From Geosiphon pyriformis uo1 (taxonomy: Eukaryota > Fungi > Glomeromycota), in the NCBI GenBank assembly GCA_016748015.1, contig JAAOMT010000046.1, forward strand, positions 830,697 through 894,696: a stretch of 64,000 nucleotides of DNA. The letters are read 5' to 3'. Under the pieces are notes generated by a model. That model was not told where the DNA came from, made no database searches, and saw nothing but the letters and a program-made list of their open reading frames with translations. This document shows, piece after piece, positions 52,801 to 64,000 of the stretch. Made by a program: the position numbers and the translations under genes. Each line of letters opens with the position of its first letter. The first letter of the stretch is position 1.

Positions 52801-55800
52801 GAAGGGGATGAAAGAGAAAAAGAAAAAGAAAAAGAAAAAGCAAAGGAAAAAGAGCCACTACTAATTGCCATTTACACCCCTTACACATATACACCACCAC
52901 AACAATCAAATTATCAGTGACCAAAGCTAATATGCATTAATTGTGACAAGAAATTGTTGTCAATGAGCGCATGCTGTGACAATGACAAAGAATACCAAAT
53001 AGTAACCAAATTTTACTGCTGCACGTGTGTTATAGAGTGCTTTGAATGACCAAAATGGCAAAAAAAATGGGATAATGAACCTTGTCTAGCTTGTGGAGAA
53101 ACCTTACTCGATAAAAGAATGTGAAACAACATTCCTGGTCAAGGAGGAACGTGCAACATTTTGTGCCAGTATATGATCCTCATTAGCAACTAAGTTAAGA
53201 AAAAGACACTAATAGAAGCCGCCTAGAGAAAAGCTGTACAGTGATTAGACAGTTGTCCACATGATGATGACAAAATATAGAGAATAGCAATAGCCAAGAT
53301 AGAAGGAGCATTATCTGAAAAAATCAGAGAAATCAAAAACAACCCACCAGAACCCATAGAACTTAACTGGGACCCAGAACCAGTTATAAATTTTTTAGAT
53401 CCAGAACAATTCCATGAACACTACCAAGAATTAGCACCTACTAGAAAGGAGCAAGAGCAATGCTTAGAATAGTTGAATACTTGATTATGTCAACATTGCT
53501 TAATTTCTTGTGACTTCCAGTATTGTAATGAATGTGAACTTATCTACAATCCACCACCACACATGATTTACACAATTTCAGAGGAAGACGAGCCAATCAG
53601 CCACTGTGTATTAAAATCAGAATCCACTTTCAACCCCAATTCAAACTCTGACAACAATGATGACAAAAACAACAGTTCCAGCTCCACTCAATATGGCAAC
53701 AAAAATAATAACAATTCGGACTCTGATTCAAACCCTGAAACATATATTGTACTCTCTAATCTTACCAAAAAGCAAGAATTGAAATGATTCAGTAATAATA
53801 ATGAAGGTATTATGCCTGAATGCATGCATGATACTGATACAGGGTTTAATCTAAGATATCTAGGAAAAAATCCCATCAAATTGGAACCATATTTACACAC
53901 TTGTATTGATCTAAAAATAGAACTGAAAATTTTAGCAACAACAATGATTCAATTAGCCTCCAAGAGTAGTTTAACAAAAAAGGGGATAAACATCAAAGAA
54001 GGAATAATTGATGCAGAATATGTAGGAAATATCATTGCTATGTTACAAAATGATTCAGAAAAAGCATATACCATAGATTCAAATGAAAAGATAGCTCAAG
54101 CAATCTTCCTATCTTTGGTAAAAATAGCTCAGCTAGTATTAGTAAGAAACAGGGAAGAATTAGGGATTATTGCTAAAGGGATACAGAGATTCAGATCAAT
54201 GAGTAGAATAGATATACTAGTTAATATGGCAGAGGAAGAGATTATTGACAAAGAAGAAATTATCTTAACTCATCAATCAATTTTCATTTCACCATATGAC
54301 CAGTATATGTTAGCCATAAAAAGAGAAGTAAAGAATTAAGCTCAGTTGTTTGAAGCAAAAGCCACCATTTGCAAATCAGGAGAAATTGGACTCACTAATC
54401 TCTACATATCAGCCAAAAGCCCCAAAAACATCAAAATTTCCATCTACAACACAACTGGAAATGTTATTGAGATACCAAAAAGAACTATTATCAAATACTT
54501 GACCACTGAAGTTGAGGATCAACCACCAAATTATGTTCCAAATTTTCTACAGCTTTGTGAATATGTGGACATTACATCACAAACCATCTACAGACAAAGT
54601 AAATATTATCTGTTCCAACCAAAACAATTGAAACAGATAAACATGGAAAATCTAGACCCACTCCAATAGATGTAATTAAAAATGTTACTTAGCAATTTCA
54701 ATGATATTTTTACTAGTGAAAATAAATTTGGCTGCACCAACATCATCCAGCATCAAATCAAGACTGGAGATGCAATGCTAATAAAACAAAGAGCATATAG
54801 AATACCACCAGCTAGCCATGAGATCATCCATCAAGAAATCAATTAAATGCTTGACAACAGGCTAATTCAGCCATCAATGAGTCCATGGTCATTACCAGTA
54901 GTACTAGTCCAGAAGAAAAATGGGAAAATCCACTTTTGTGTAGATTACCAGAAACTAAATGGAGTAACCAAAGGTGATAGCTATCCAACTCCAAAGATCC
55001 AAGAACTATTCAATGCTTTTGGAGAAAATAAATGGTTCTTAACACTAGATTTAGATAGTGGTTACTGGCAAATAGCCATGAATCCAGCCGACAAAGAGAA
55101 AACAGTATTTACCACAAGAGAAGAAAATTTTGAATTTGAAGTTATGCCATTTGGCTTGATAAATGCTTCAGCAACATTCCAACAGTTCATGGAAATTGTC
55201 TATACTGGATTACTATAGAAATTAGTAGTTGTTTACTTAGACAACACAAATGTGTTTTCAAAAACATTCAATGATTATCTTTACCATTTCCAACAAGTAT
55301 TTGAAAGACTCAGACAGGCAGAATTGAAACTAAATGCCAACAAATGCTTCTTTGAAAAAACAGAACTAAAATTCTTGGGACATATTGTAAGCAAAGATGG
55401 CATCAAAACAGATCCAGACAAAATTGAAGTTGTCAAGAACTTTCCAGTACTTAACAATCTCACAGAATTAAGAGCATTCTTAGAGTTCGCAGAATATTAT
55501 TACTGTTTTATCAAAAACTTTTCGAAACTGGCTCAGCCACTTTACCATCTACAAACCAAGAATGTAAAATATAAATAGACCAAAGCTCAACAAGAAGCAT
55601 TCAACACATTAAGAAGAAAGCTTATCCAAGCTTCAGTATTGATGTATTCAGATCACAACAAACCATTCATAATTACTACTGATGCATCAGGCCAAGCATT
55701 GGGAGCAGTACTATCACAAAGAGAACTGGATGGAAGAGAGCATCCAGTAGCTTATGCAAGTAGAAGCTTAAGTTCAGCAGAAAAGAACTATGAAACTCCA

Positions 55801-56037
55801 GCACTAGAACACTTAGCTATCTATTGAGCCGTCATCAAATAGAAAAAATACTTGGGTTAGAAGTCTGATGTGTACACTGATTATAAAGGATTGACTTCAA
55901 TCCAGAAACAGGAATTTGGAGACAATTGCCATGTCAGATGGAAAATAGAACTTTCACCATTTAATTATACAGTATATTATAAAAAGGAAAAAGACAATGG
56001 AAATGCTGATGGATTGTTGTGAATAAAACAAATCTAA
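49870..56037 (+). pseudogene. Element B gag-pol: N-terminal extension, Gag, CCHC knuckle, PR, Cys-rich insert, dUTPase, RT, RNase H
   Basis: ORF-track pieces 50809, 51028, 52015, 52294, 53563, 53812, 54346, 54847, 55252 and 55639 share one frame. CHNCSKQGHIRADC; LILNS; MPFGLINA; YLDN; TDASGQALGAVL. Confidence 0.92.
53790..54205 (+). pseudogene. Trimeric dUTPase domain inside pol
   Basis: Degenerate motifs I-V: DTGFNL, ASKSSL, GIIDAEYVG, EKIAQAI, KGIQRFRS (DAGFDL, xRSS, GxIDxxYxG, RIAQ, RGxxGFGS). Confidence 0.88.
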
Positions 56038-56069
56038 AAACATTTCAACCCAAAAAAATATAACAAAAG

Positions 56070-57435
56070 ATGAATATACAAAAATACCAACAACTTTAAC
56101 ATTATATAAATACCCAATTGTTCAAGAAAAAATTATCTCAAAAGGAACAAAACAATATAAAACAACAAGCAAAACATTTTATTAACTTTCAAAATATACT
56201 TTACCAAAAGAACAAAAAAAATCCAGATTAACCAACCAGAGTAATCACAGAACCAAAGAAAGAGACAGTATTATTCAACATGTACTCAAATCCAACAGCA
56301 GGATATTTTCATAAAGAAGCAACTATAGAAAGAACCAGGAAAAGATAGTATTGGCCATTAATGTATCCAAATATCATCCAATATGTTCAAAATTGTGATG
56401 CTTGTCAGAGAAAAAGGGGAACAAGATTCAGTGAACCATTAAGACCAATCAAAGTGGGACAACTATTTGATCACATTGAAATTGACTTAGTCAGACCATT
56501 AACAATTACCAGCAGAGGCAATAGTAGCCATGGACTATCTCATTAAATGACCAGAAGCAAAAGCCATTCAAAAAGCAGATGCAGAATCCATTGCCAAATT
56601 CATTCATTAAGATCTGATCTGTCGACATGAATGTCTAAAAGAATTATTATCAGATCAAAGAATCCACTTTGTGAATATAACATTAGCAGAATTAAGCCAA
56701 AAATTTGGAATAAAAAGACCACTATCATCACCATACTATTTACAAACCAATGGATTAATTAAAAGATTTAATAAAACACTGTGTGAAGTGATTGCTAAAA
56801 TCAGTCAAAAAAACCAAGACAAATGAGATTTGTTTATATCATCAGTATTATTTGCTTATTGGACAATGAGACAAGATACTACATAAGCAACACCATTTGA
56901 ATTAGTATATGGTAGAACAGCAACATTACCAGTTGAGGTAGAGATCAACACATATCCAACTGAACCAATAACAGAAACTAATTTCCAAGAAACATTGTTG
57001 AGAAGAACATATGACTTAATGGAAACACTAAAAAACAGATAACAAAAAGCAGTTAATAACATCCAAAAGTCTCAAGAAAAGCAAAAAGAACAACATGATA
57101 ACCAATTACCAGATAAACCAGTTGAATTTAAAATTGAAGACAAAGTATTTTTACATCGTATCAAAGTGAAAAACAATGGAATGGAAAATTTGACCCTAAA
57201 TGAAATGGACCATTTCACATAAAAGAAATTCTTGGAAATATACCTTATAAATTAAAATGAAACAACAAAATCTTAGCCAAAGCAGCATATGGTGATTGAC
57301 TGAAACCATATCACCAAATAGCATCATCATCCACCAATAATATTCCACAATTGGGAGTACAATGAATATTAGTCCAATCAGATAAGATTTTATGAGATCT
57401 GGAACCAATCATAATCATTGAACCAAACATGTAAA
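56070..57435 (+). pseudogene. Element B integrase with its own ATG
   Basis: MNIQKY...AGYF...YWP...CDACQR; IDLVRPL; LSDQ; QTNGLIKRFNKT; TPFELVYGR; GPF. Confidence 0.88.
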
Positions 57436-57479
57436 AAAATCAAACAATAAAAAAAGTATATAAAGACACAGTATACACA

Positions 57480-58133
57480 ACAAAAGCAACCAAAAAAAAT
57501 AGAAATACCAGATCATATTCACACCATAGCTTAACAATTATTCCAGGCATTAAGTCAACAACCTTTAGACATAAAAATTATCATTAACAACCAAACAATT
57601 TGCTATTAAAACACCAAAAGAAAGACAAAAAATACACCATATTAGTGATTACCAAAGAATAATAAAAACTGGTCAGATAACATAATAGAAAAAATAAAGA
57701 ATACTTTTGGAAAAATATCTATTATGGCACCAACAGAAGAACTTACAAAAGAGAACTGAAAGCAATGAACAGAACAACTTCTAATATCATACTGCTACTA
57801 CCAGTTAGATCGGAAGTTGAATATTCAGGAGTTGTATATTGACAAATTTAAGAGAATATTTAACCAAAACATAATACAGCAAATTGAAGAATTTATTGGA
57901 AAGAAGATAAACTCAACACTACATGTGAGAACAATTTACTGACTGCACAACATATTTCAGAACTATTCAGAAATATTGTTACACTCTGACATGGAAACCA
58001 TAATTATTAACCAATGGGGAAGAATAAACAATGTACAAGTAGAAGATGTGAAAAATAAAGTCGAACAAACAATACTAAAAAAAAAAGTATTAGAGCTAAT
58101 TCAAAATGAAGATTTCAACAAAGCTCAATATTA
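57480..58133 (+). pseudogene. Element B extra 3' ORF of unknown function
   Basis: About 215 codons in one frame (IPDHIHTIA...SYCYYQL...LHVRTIY...NEDFNKAQY), broken only by transition-type stops. Confidence 0.55.
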
Positions 58134-58149
58134 AAAAAAAAGGAGATAA

Positions 58150-58937
58150 TATTACTCATAAAAAGAAAACAGATATAGGGAAAATAGTAGACCAATAAGT
58201 AAATAGCATTTAGCATGTAAACACATTGCTCAGCAATGTAGAGCAATGACAAAAATTACAGCACATTACTCAAGAAATCATAGCATATTGCTCAGGAATA
58301 TAAGTGATCTCATAGAACATCAATTATGTATATATAGCAGTAGTATTAAAAGTAGAAAAAAAGACATTGTAGTTTAGATTTGATTTAAGCAACCTTCCAT
58401 TTACACATATTAATAAATAATTATTCATTATCTTAATCCACTCTCCACTATCAACACTTCATGTTGATAGTAATTAATACTTAACCACACTGGAACAATA
58501 ACTCTTGATCACGGCTATTGATGGGATATTAACTCATAATTGCTTTTATTTCATTTCTGTATCTTCTTTATTTCTTTTTTATTTTTTTTTGTTGTTTTAT
58601 TGATTTACTAAAAATTGATTAAGAATTAAGTGCTAAGATACAGACATCATAGTAACTGGTAAAAGATCTGTGAAACAAGAGTAAAACACTCATAGATTTG
58701 AGGATAGTTTACCAAAAGGATTACCAGCCACCACACTGAGAAAAAAATTTGACAAAACTGTGGTTTTGAGAAGCTATAAATAAAACTCTCAATTAACTTT
58801 CTGTCTATTATACAAAAAACTCCACAACAAAACCTTTAGATAAATCACATCTTCAAATATCAACACCAAAATACCAACCTAGTACCAAGTTACAGATTTG
58901 TTATTTGATTTGAGACCCCAAATAATTATTTGTAATA
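58150..58937 (+). repeat. 3' LTR of element B
   Basis: TATTACTCAT...TGTAATA (termini mutated by transitions); 21 nt longer than the 5' LTR; purine tract at 58133-58149. Confidence 0.92.
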
Positions 58938-61900
58938 GTGCTTTTGCACTGTAACCGGTAGGCAGTAGTGCAAAGCTTTCAAAAAATATAAATGCAGATT
59001 AGCAGTAGACTTGCTAGTAAACCCAGCTGTCATATGCAAATCAAGGTGCCAAACCAAAGCAGTATGAACCCAATTTACATCACCAATTATATTACTGGCA
59101 ATAACAGTAGAACTGGGTTTAACCTCCCAACCAGCACAATTTACAGTCCTAAAAATATCCTGAACAAAATGCCGAATATTACCAGATACCACCATCCCAT
59201 CAGTTTTAATGAACATTTTCTTAATTAAAACAAAAAGCACCAAATTTAAACTTGCAGCTGAATTGACCAATTTATCAGCATGTTCATTACTCACAACACC
59301 CAAATGTCTTTTAACCTTATGCCAAACAACACTAAGTCTTTTATCTCTTATCAGATTCACAACATTATGTCACTCCATCCAGCAACAGTTATGGAAATCT
59401 GGAGAAGCCAAAACCAACTCAGCAGTACAAGCATCTAAGGCAGCCTAACTGTCTGAATAAATCACAACAAAACTGTAAGAAAAAACACACTCCAAAGCTA
59501 AAGTAATTACCTGCAACTCTGCCAAAGTAGAAAAAACCAATCTATCAACCCTGACACCAATACCCAGATCCATATCTAAGAAATAAGCAGCTGCACCACA
59601 TTCTATCTCCCACGTACCAAAATTTTTTAAAGATCTATCCATGTAAACCTCAATAACTTTTAAATTAGAAGTGAGAAAACACTGCTTCATCTAAAGAACA
59701 CCATCCAAACTACTAACATCCAATGACTGGAGTTTAGCAATAAGGAGATCTTCACAAGAGGAGGAGTAGACCAGGAAACCACATGCCAAATCAAACCAAT
59801 AAGAGACTAGGCCTTTTGGGTCTAGCCTTTTTCAATGGCAGAAGCTTTTCCAGTCAAAAATTGTACTTCTCTTGGTATACAGCTGTTTGACAAAAGCAAC
59901 CCCAAATCTTTTGAGTGAGTGCAAAATCTCATAAAACAAATGATCCCCCAGAACTAAAGATATAGGTGTCCCACCAGAAAAATGAAATGCCGCATGAAAA
60001 AAGTTCCCAAGAGACACACCACAATTCAAAAAAATCTTTACAACACTAGCCAGAAAATTGTTGACTGGACTAACATACAACCTTACTGGACAACATAAAG
60101 AGTAAACAGGCAACCAACTTAGAACCTGTAGGTCAAGAGACTTATGAATAAACAAGTGATCCAGAATTCCACCAGTATTCGAGAAACTGAGCACAGAAGC
60201 CAATTTGCACTCAGCCTGCAACTACTTAAAAGACTTCAGACTATACAAAGATAGATGATGAAAAACTTTATTAGAAAAATTCTTTGGTAGTCCAGCCTTA
60301 AGTCTCAAATCTTTTCTAATCAACGTGTCCCACTTAATGTATACACCTTTAGAAAGAAAACTAAACTGAGATCTATAACCGACAATAGGTTACAACACAG
60401 CTGAAACCAGATAAAGAAACTGTTTGTTTGAAATAGCCTTTCTCAAAACCAAATTAACAAAGAACCTAACATCTGAATAAGTTTTTGCCAAACTGGGTTT
60501 GAACAAACTCTTAGATGACAAATAAATCCCAAGATACCTATAAGACTTCTCTCTATAAGCAATTGAAATGACAGACCACTTATTGACAATGATGCTTCTT
60601 CTACTCTTTTGTTAATAGGAATAGCCACAGTTTTTTCATTATTAATAGAGATATTGTTTATACTAAAAAATTCACTTGCAATGTCCAGAATATACTGAGT
60701 AGCAGCCTAACTACTTCCCACTCAAATCATGTCATTAACAAAAGCACTAGCTGTCAAAAACAAGATTAAACCACCATGGGTCTCCAATCTGCCAGTTTTA
60801 ACAACAAATCTAGAGTCAATACAGTATTCACACAAACTCTTCTGACTTTTAACTTCACATAAAAAAGGATCATAGAAGATTTTTTATAGCAGGAAAGAAA
60901 ACACCTTACCCTGGTCAAGACTATCATGCACCCAGTACCTATCAGTCAGGCCAAAATCAATCATAACATGATTGACACAATCATTGTGAATACTTCCAAA
61001 AAATCTGATGAAATGATTACACATTTTAATTCGAACTAAACTATTTCATAAATGGTGTCAACCAACAGAGTCATAAGCCTTCTGCATATCCTGTAAAACA
61101 AGCCAAAGCTCATGATTTTTTTCTAAAGCATCTTCAATAACCGAGCCAATGGCAAAAATAGGAGACTGAATGGTAGTGCCCTTAAGCATGGAGAAATTGT
61201 CACCATAAAGAACATCAAACACACTGCATGCTAATGAAATTCTATCAGAAAGTAACTTGGAGAGAATTTTACAAACAGTTTTAATCAAAACAATTAGTCT
61301 AGTATTGATCAGAACACTCTCTCACTCATAAGGCTTAGAAATTATAAACACTCAAGCTTTCTTCCAACATTGGAGTACAGACTCATAAACCAAACAGAGA
61401 TTCAATAGATCCAACAACATACCAAGTACAGAACTGTCATAATGCTTTCAAAGTTCATTTGTAATACCAGACAAACCAGTTGCTTTGCTGTCTGACAGAT
61501 TTTTGATTACATGCACCAAATCTTTATAGCTAATAGTTTCCATTACTCCAGAAAAAGCATCATTGTCGACATAACCTAACAGCAGGTATTGATGCTGCCA
61601 CAAATCAGGAATGTTATATGGCACCATCTTCTTCCTTGTCCAACTTTCTATAATCTTGTCAACATTATTTTTAACATCAACTGGGTCCACAATTAAACTA
61701 CCATCAGAAACCAAGTGGTCTAGCACCACTTTCTGAAAAAAATGTTCTAAAACACTATGGATTGTATAGCCTTTGTTAACTGTAAAACTCTCTATCCACT
61801 TTTTAATAGCAGATCTAATGCCTGACTTCTCAGCACATAAAGACTCAGTCAGTTTAGACGCATAATAAGATTTTTTCATATCAAAGAGAGCAGAATGTAT

Positions 61901-64000
61901 ACAATCAGAATTTGTATCAGAGCTAATAAGAACCTAAATAACAAATGTCTTGTCAGCATCCAGAGAGTTCCAATGTTCCAAAATAGAGAAAAATTTGTTA
62001 AGTATTACTTCATAAGAAGCTTTGGCTAACCTTGAAACCAAAACTTTCAGTTTGTAAATCCTAGACAACTCCTTGGTAAAAATCTTATCATAGCCCTTAA
62101 ACCATTTTTTTTGAAGACATTATTAGCCAAAATAGATACTACTTTGTGAATAGTATTCCACATAGCATCTAGATCTGAATACTTCTTAGATGTGGCAAAC
62201 TTATCAGAAAACATAGCAGTATTGGCCATTATAGCATTCTTGAACTCACTTCATGTAACCTTATTAGTATTATTAAAGTCAAATTTCCAGTGATCTCTGT
62301 TTGTCTGTTTGCAAAAAGAGTTCAATTGCACATCCAAAAGTCCACCTAAACTTATAGACACAGAGACAGCATGATGATCAGTATTAAAGTGCTTACTAAC
62401 ACTCAGAACATTACAGCACAGAATCACATTGACCAAACTCGAAAAAACAAAGATGTAGTTAATTGTTTTAATGACACTTCTTGAATTTTTCCATGTAGAC
62501 ATTTTGGTTACTGAACTTTCAGCTAAGGAATTAACTAAACCCAAACTGAAACACTTTTTAAAACTTACACATTTGTAAGAACCATCTTTATTAAAGTTGC
62601 CACTAAGGATAATAAAAGTAGACTCATTTGTAGCTTTGACAATAAGAAAGTTAACAGTATCAGCTTGGGAGAAACAAACTGCAGAAGAAGCACTAACATA
62701 GAGCCCCAGAATCAAAACAGAAAGTCTATTTTTAAAGAGCAACTTGATAAAGATAAGACAACCAGATACTTCAGAAATTTTACTCACATGTCTTGTCAAA
62801 GAATTATTTATAACTATAGCAACACTCGAACCCAAGTAACCAGAATCCAAACCCGAGATAAACACTCAAACACTATTGAATTTGTTGGCAATCCATGGGT
62901 GGACTTTTCTTTTCAGCTTTGTTTCTGTAAAAATTGAAACCAGATTGTTTATGTCTTTATGCCAATGCACAATATCATCTTGTTTAGCTAGATTGTTCAT
63001 TCCTCTAACATTGCACATAGCAATTTTTCAAACTAAATCACTTATTGAGATGGAAGGGGAGCTGATAAACCCAAACCAGAGCATAAAGAATCCAATCTTG
63101 CCAAAACTGAACTGACCAAAACTTCCAAAGCTAACATCTTCAATTTCAAACCACCTATTTTAGTAGTAAGAACTTTTGAGCTGCTTAAACTTAGGTCAGA
63201 GGTAGCATTATTACTCACTAGAAGAAAATAAGAAAAAAACACTACCACACTATTCACAGCCATATCTAAACTTAAAGCTGAATTCAAAGAAGCAGCAACA
63301 ACAGGAAGAAAGACATGAGATAGAGACGACATCAGCACCAAATCCACAAAGCTCAATTTCCTCAGAATCTTAGAAATCTGGTCTAACAAAAGCTCTAAAA
63401 AGCACTCCAAAGAAGCCATGCAATTAGTCAAACTGGAGTCATTAAGAGAGTTGGAATTTGATACTAAAGGTTTTACACTTAAAAGTGAACCAGCACCAGA
63501 GGAAACTGACAAGACCACATAAAAAGAAGAGCTACCTGCAATCTGAGCCCAAGTTTTTCCACCAAAAGACACTGGATAGGCAACTGGAGCCTGTTTTTTC
63601 TTATAAATATTAGTCAAACAAACCTGATCTTGGAAAAACACCACCCACTTATGACAAATTTCAAAATTTTCATCAACTGAACACACATCAGAAATATGAC
63701 CAAATTGTTTACACTTGGCACAGCAAGCCAAAAAAAGACCAGCCCAGTGCAAATTCACACCCTTATAAACTGAAACAGAACCAATAGCAGCCAATTTAGA
63801 TGTCTTACTATCAAAACAGACTACTGTACATCTATTACAAACATATAAACCAAGATTATGGCCAATAAAGCAAGTTTTTTTACCATAAGAATTCATCAAA
63901 TCTGACAAACCATGAGCAGTAGTGCCAACTAAAAATATATACAACAAAGCCTGATGATGATTCCTGGCCATCCACAATTCCTTGTTATTTAATGCCAATG
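58938..64000 (-). mobile_element. Non-LTR retrotransposon (LINE): ORF1 with CCHC knuckle; ORF2 with APE endonuclease, RT and RNase H; continues beyond the window
   Basis: ORF1 CAKCKQFGHISDVC; APE KIAMCNVRG...ETKL...GNFN...TDH; RT LQDMQKAYDSV, FVND; RNase H VYMDRS...AELQ...YSDS...VKRHLG..NEHAD. Confidence 0.93.

Larger units (their letters stand above)
49086..58937 (+). mobile_element. Full-length Ty3/gypsy LTR retrotransposon with dUTPase (element B), nested in a LINE
   Basis: LTRs 49086-49852 and 58150-58937; TSD GCAC/GTGC (inferred GCGC); PBS at 49855; Gag-PR-dUTPase-RT-RH in one frame; separate integrase. Confidence 0.95.

Overview
Eukaryotic, intron-rich, AT-rich fungal DNA. The gene set and transposon style suggest an early-diverging Glomeromycotina/Mucoromycota fungus, possibly Geosiphon-like (inference only). 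There are 14 spliced or intronless host genes: an N-myristoylated unknown (partial), an ADIP/SSX2IP-Msd1-like coiled-coil gene, MSS51, RPL4, ornithine decarboxylase antizyme, a PaaI thioesterase, a bacterial/plant-type oligopeptidase A, TIM8, mitochondrial uL24, DDI1, mitochondrial thioredoxin, PMS1, RCF2 and HSE1. They are interleaved with transition-riddled transposons: two full-length Ty3/gypsy LTR elements (12461-20167, 49086-58937), an RNase H-bearing LINE split by the second LTR element, an older LINE relic, and a DNA-transposon relic. Main findings: (1) the antizyme +1 frameshift stop codon (UCC-U|GA) is created by splicing, and that intron holds two mutually exclusive hairpins that hide either a decoy or the true 3' splice site, a candidate RNA switch; (2) both LTR elements encode integrase as a separate ORF and carry Cys-rich inserts and an unknown 3' ORF, and one also has a dUTPase; (3) repeats show RIP-like, almost purely C>T/G>A hypermutation. 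Exon boundaries and counts were read by hand and are approximate unless stated.
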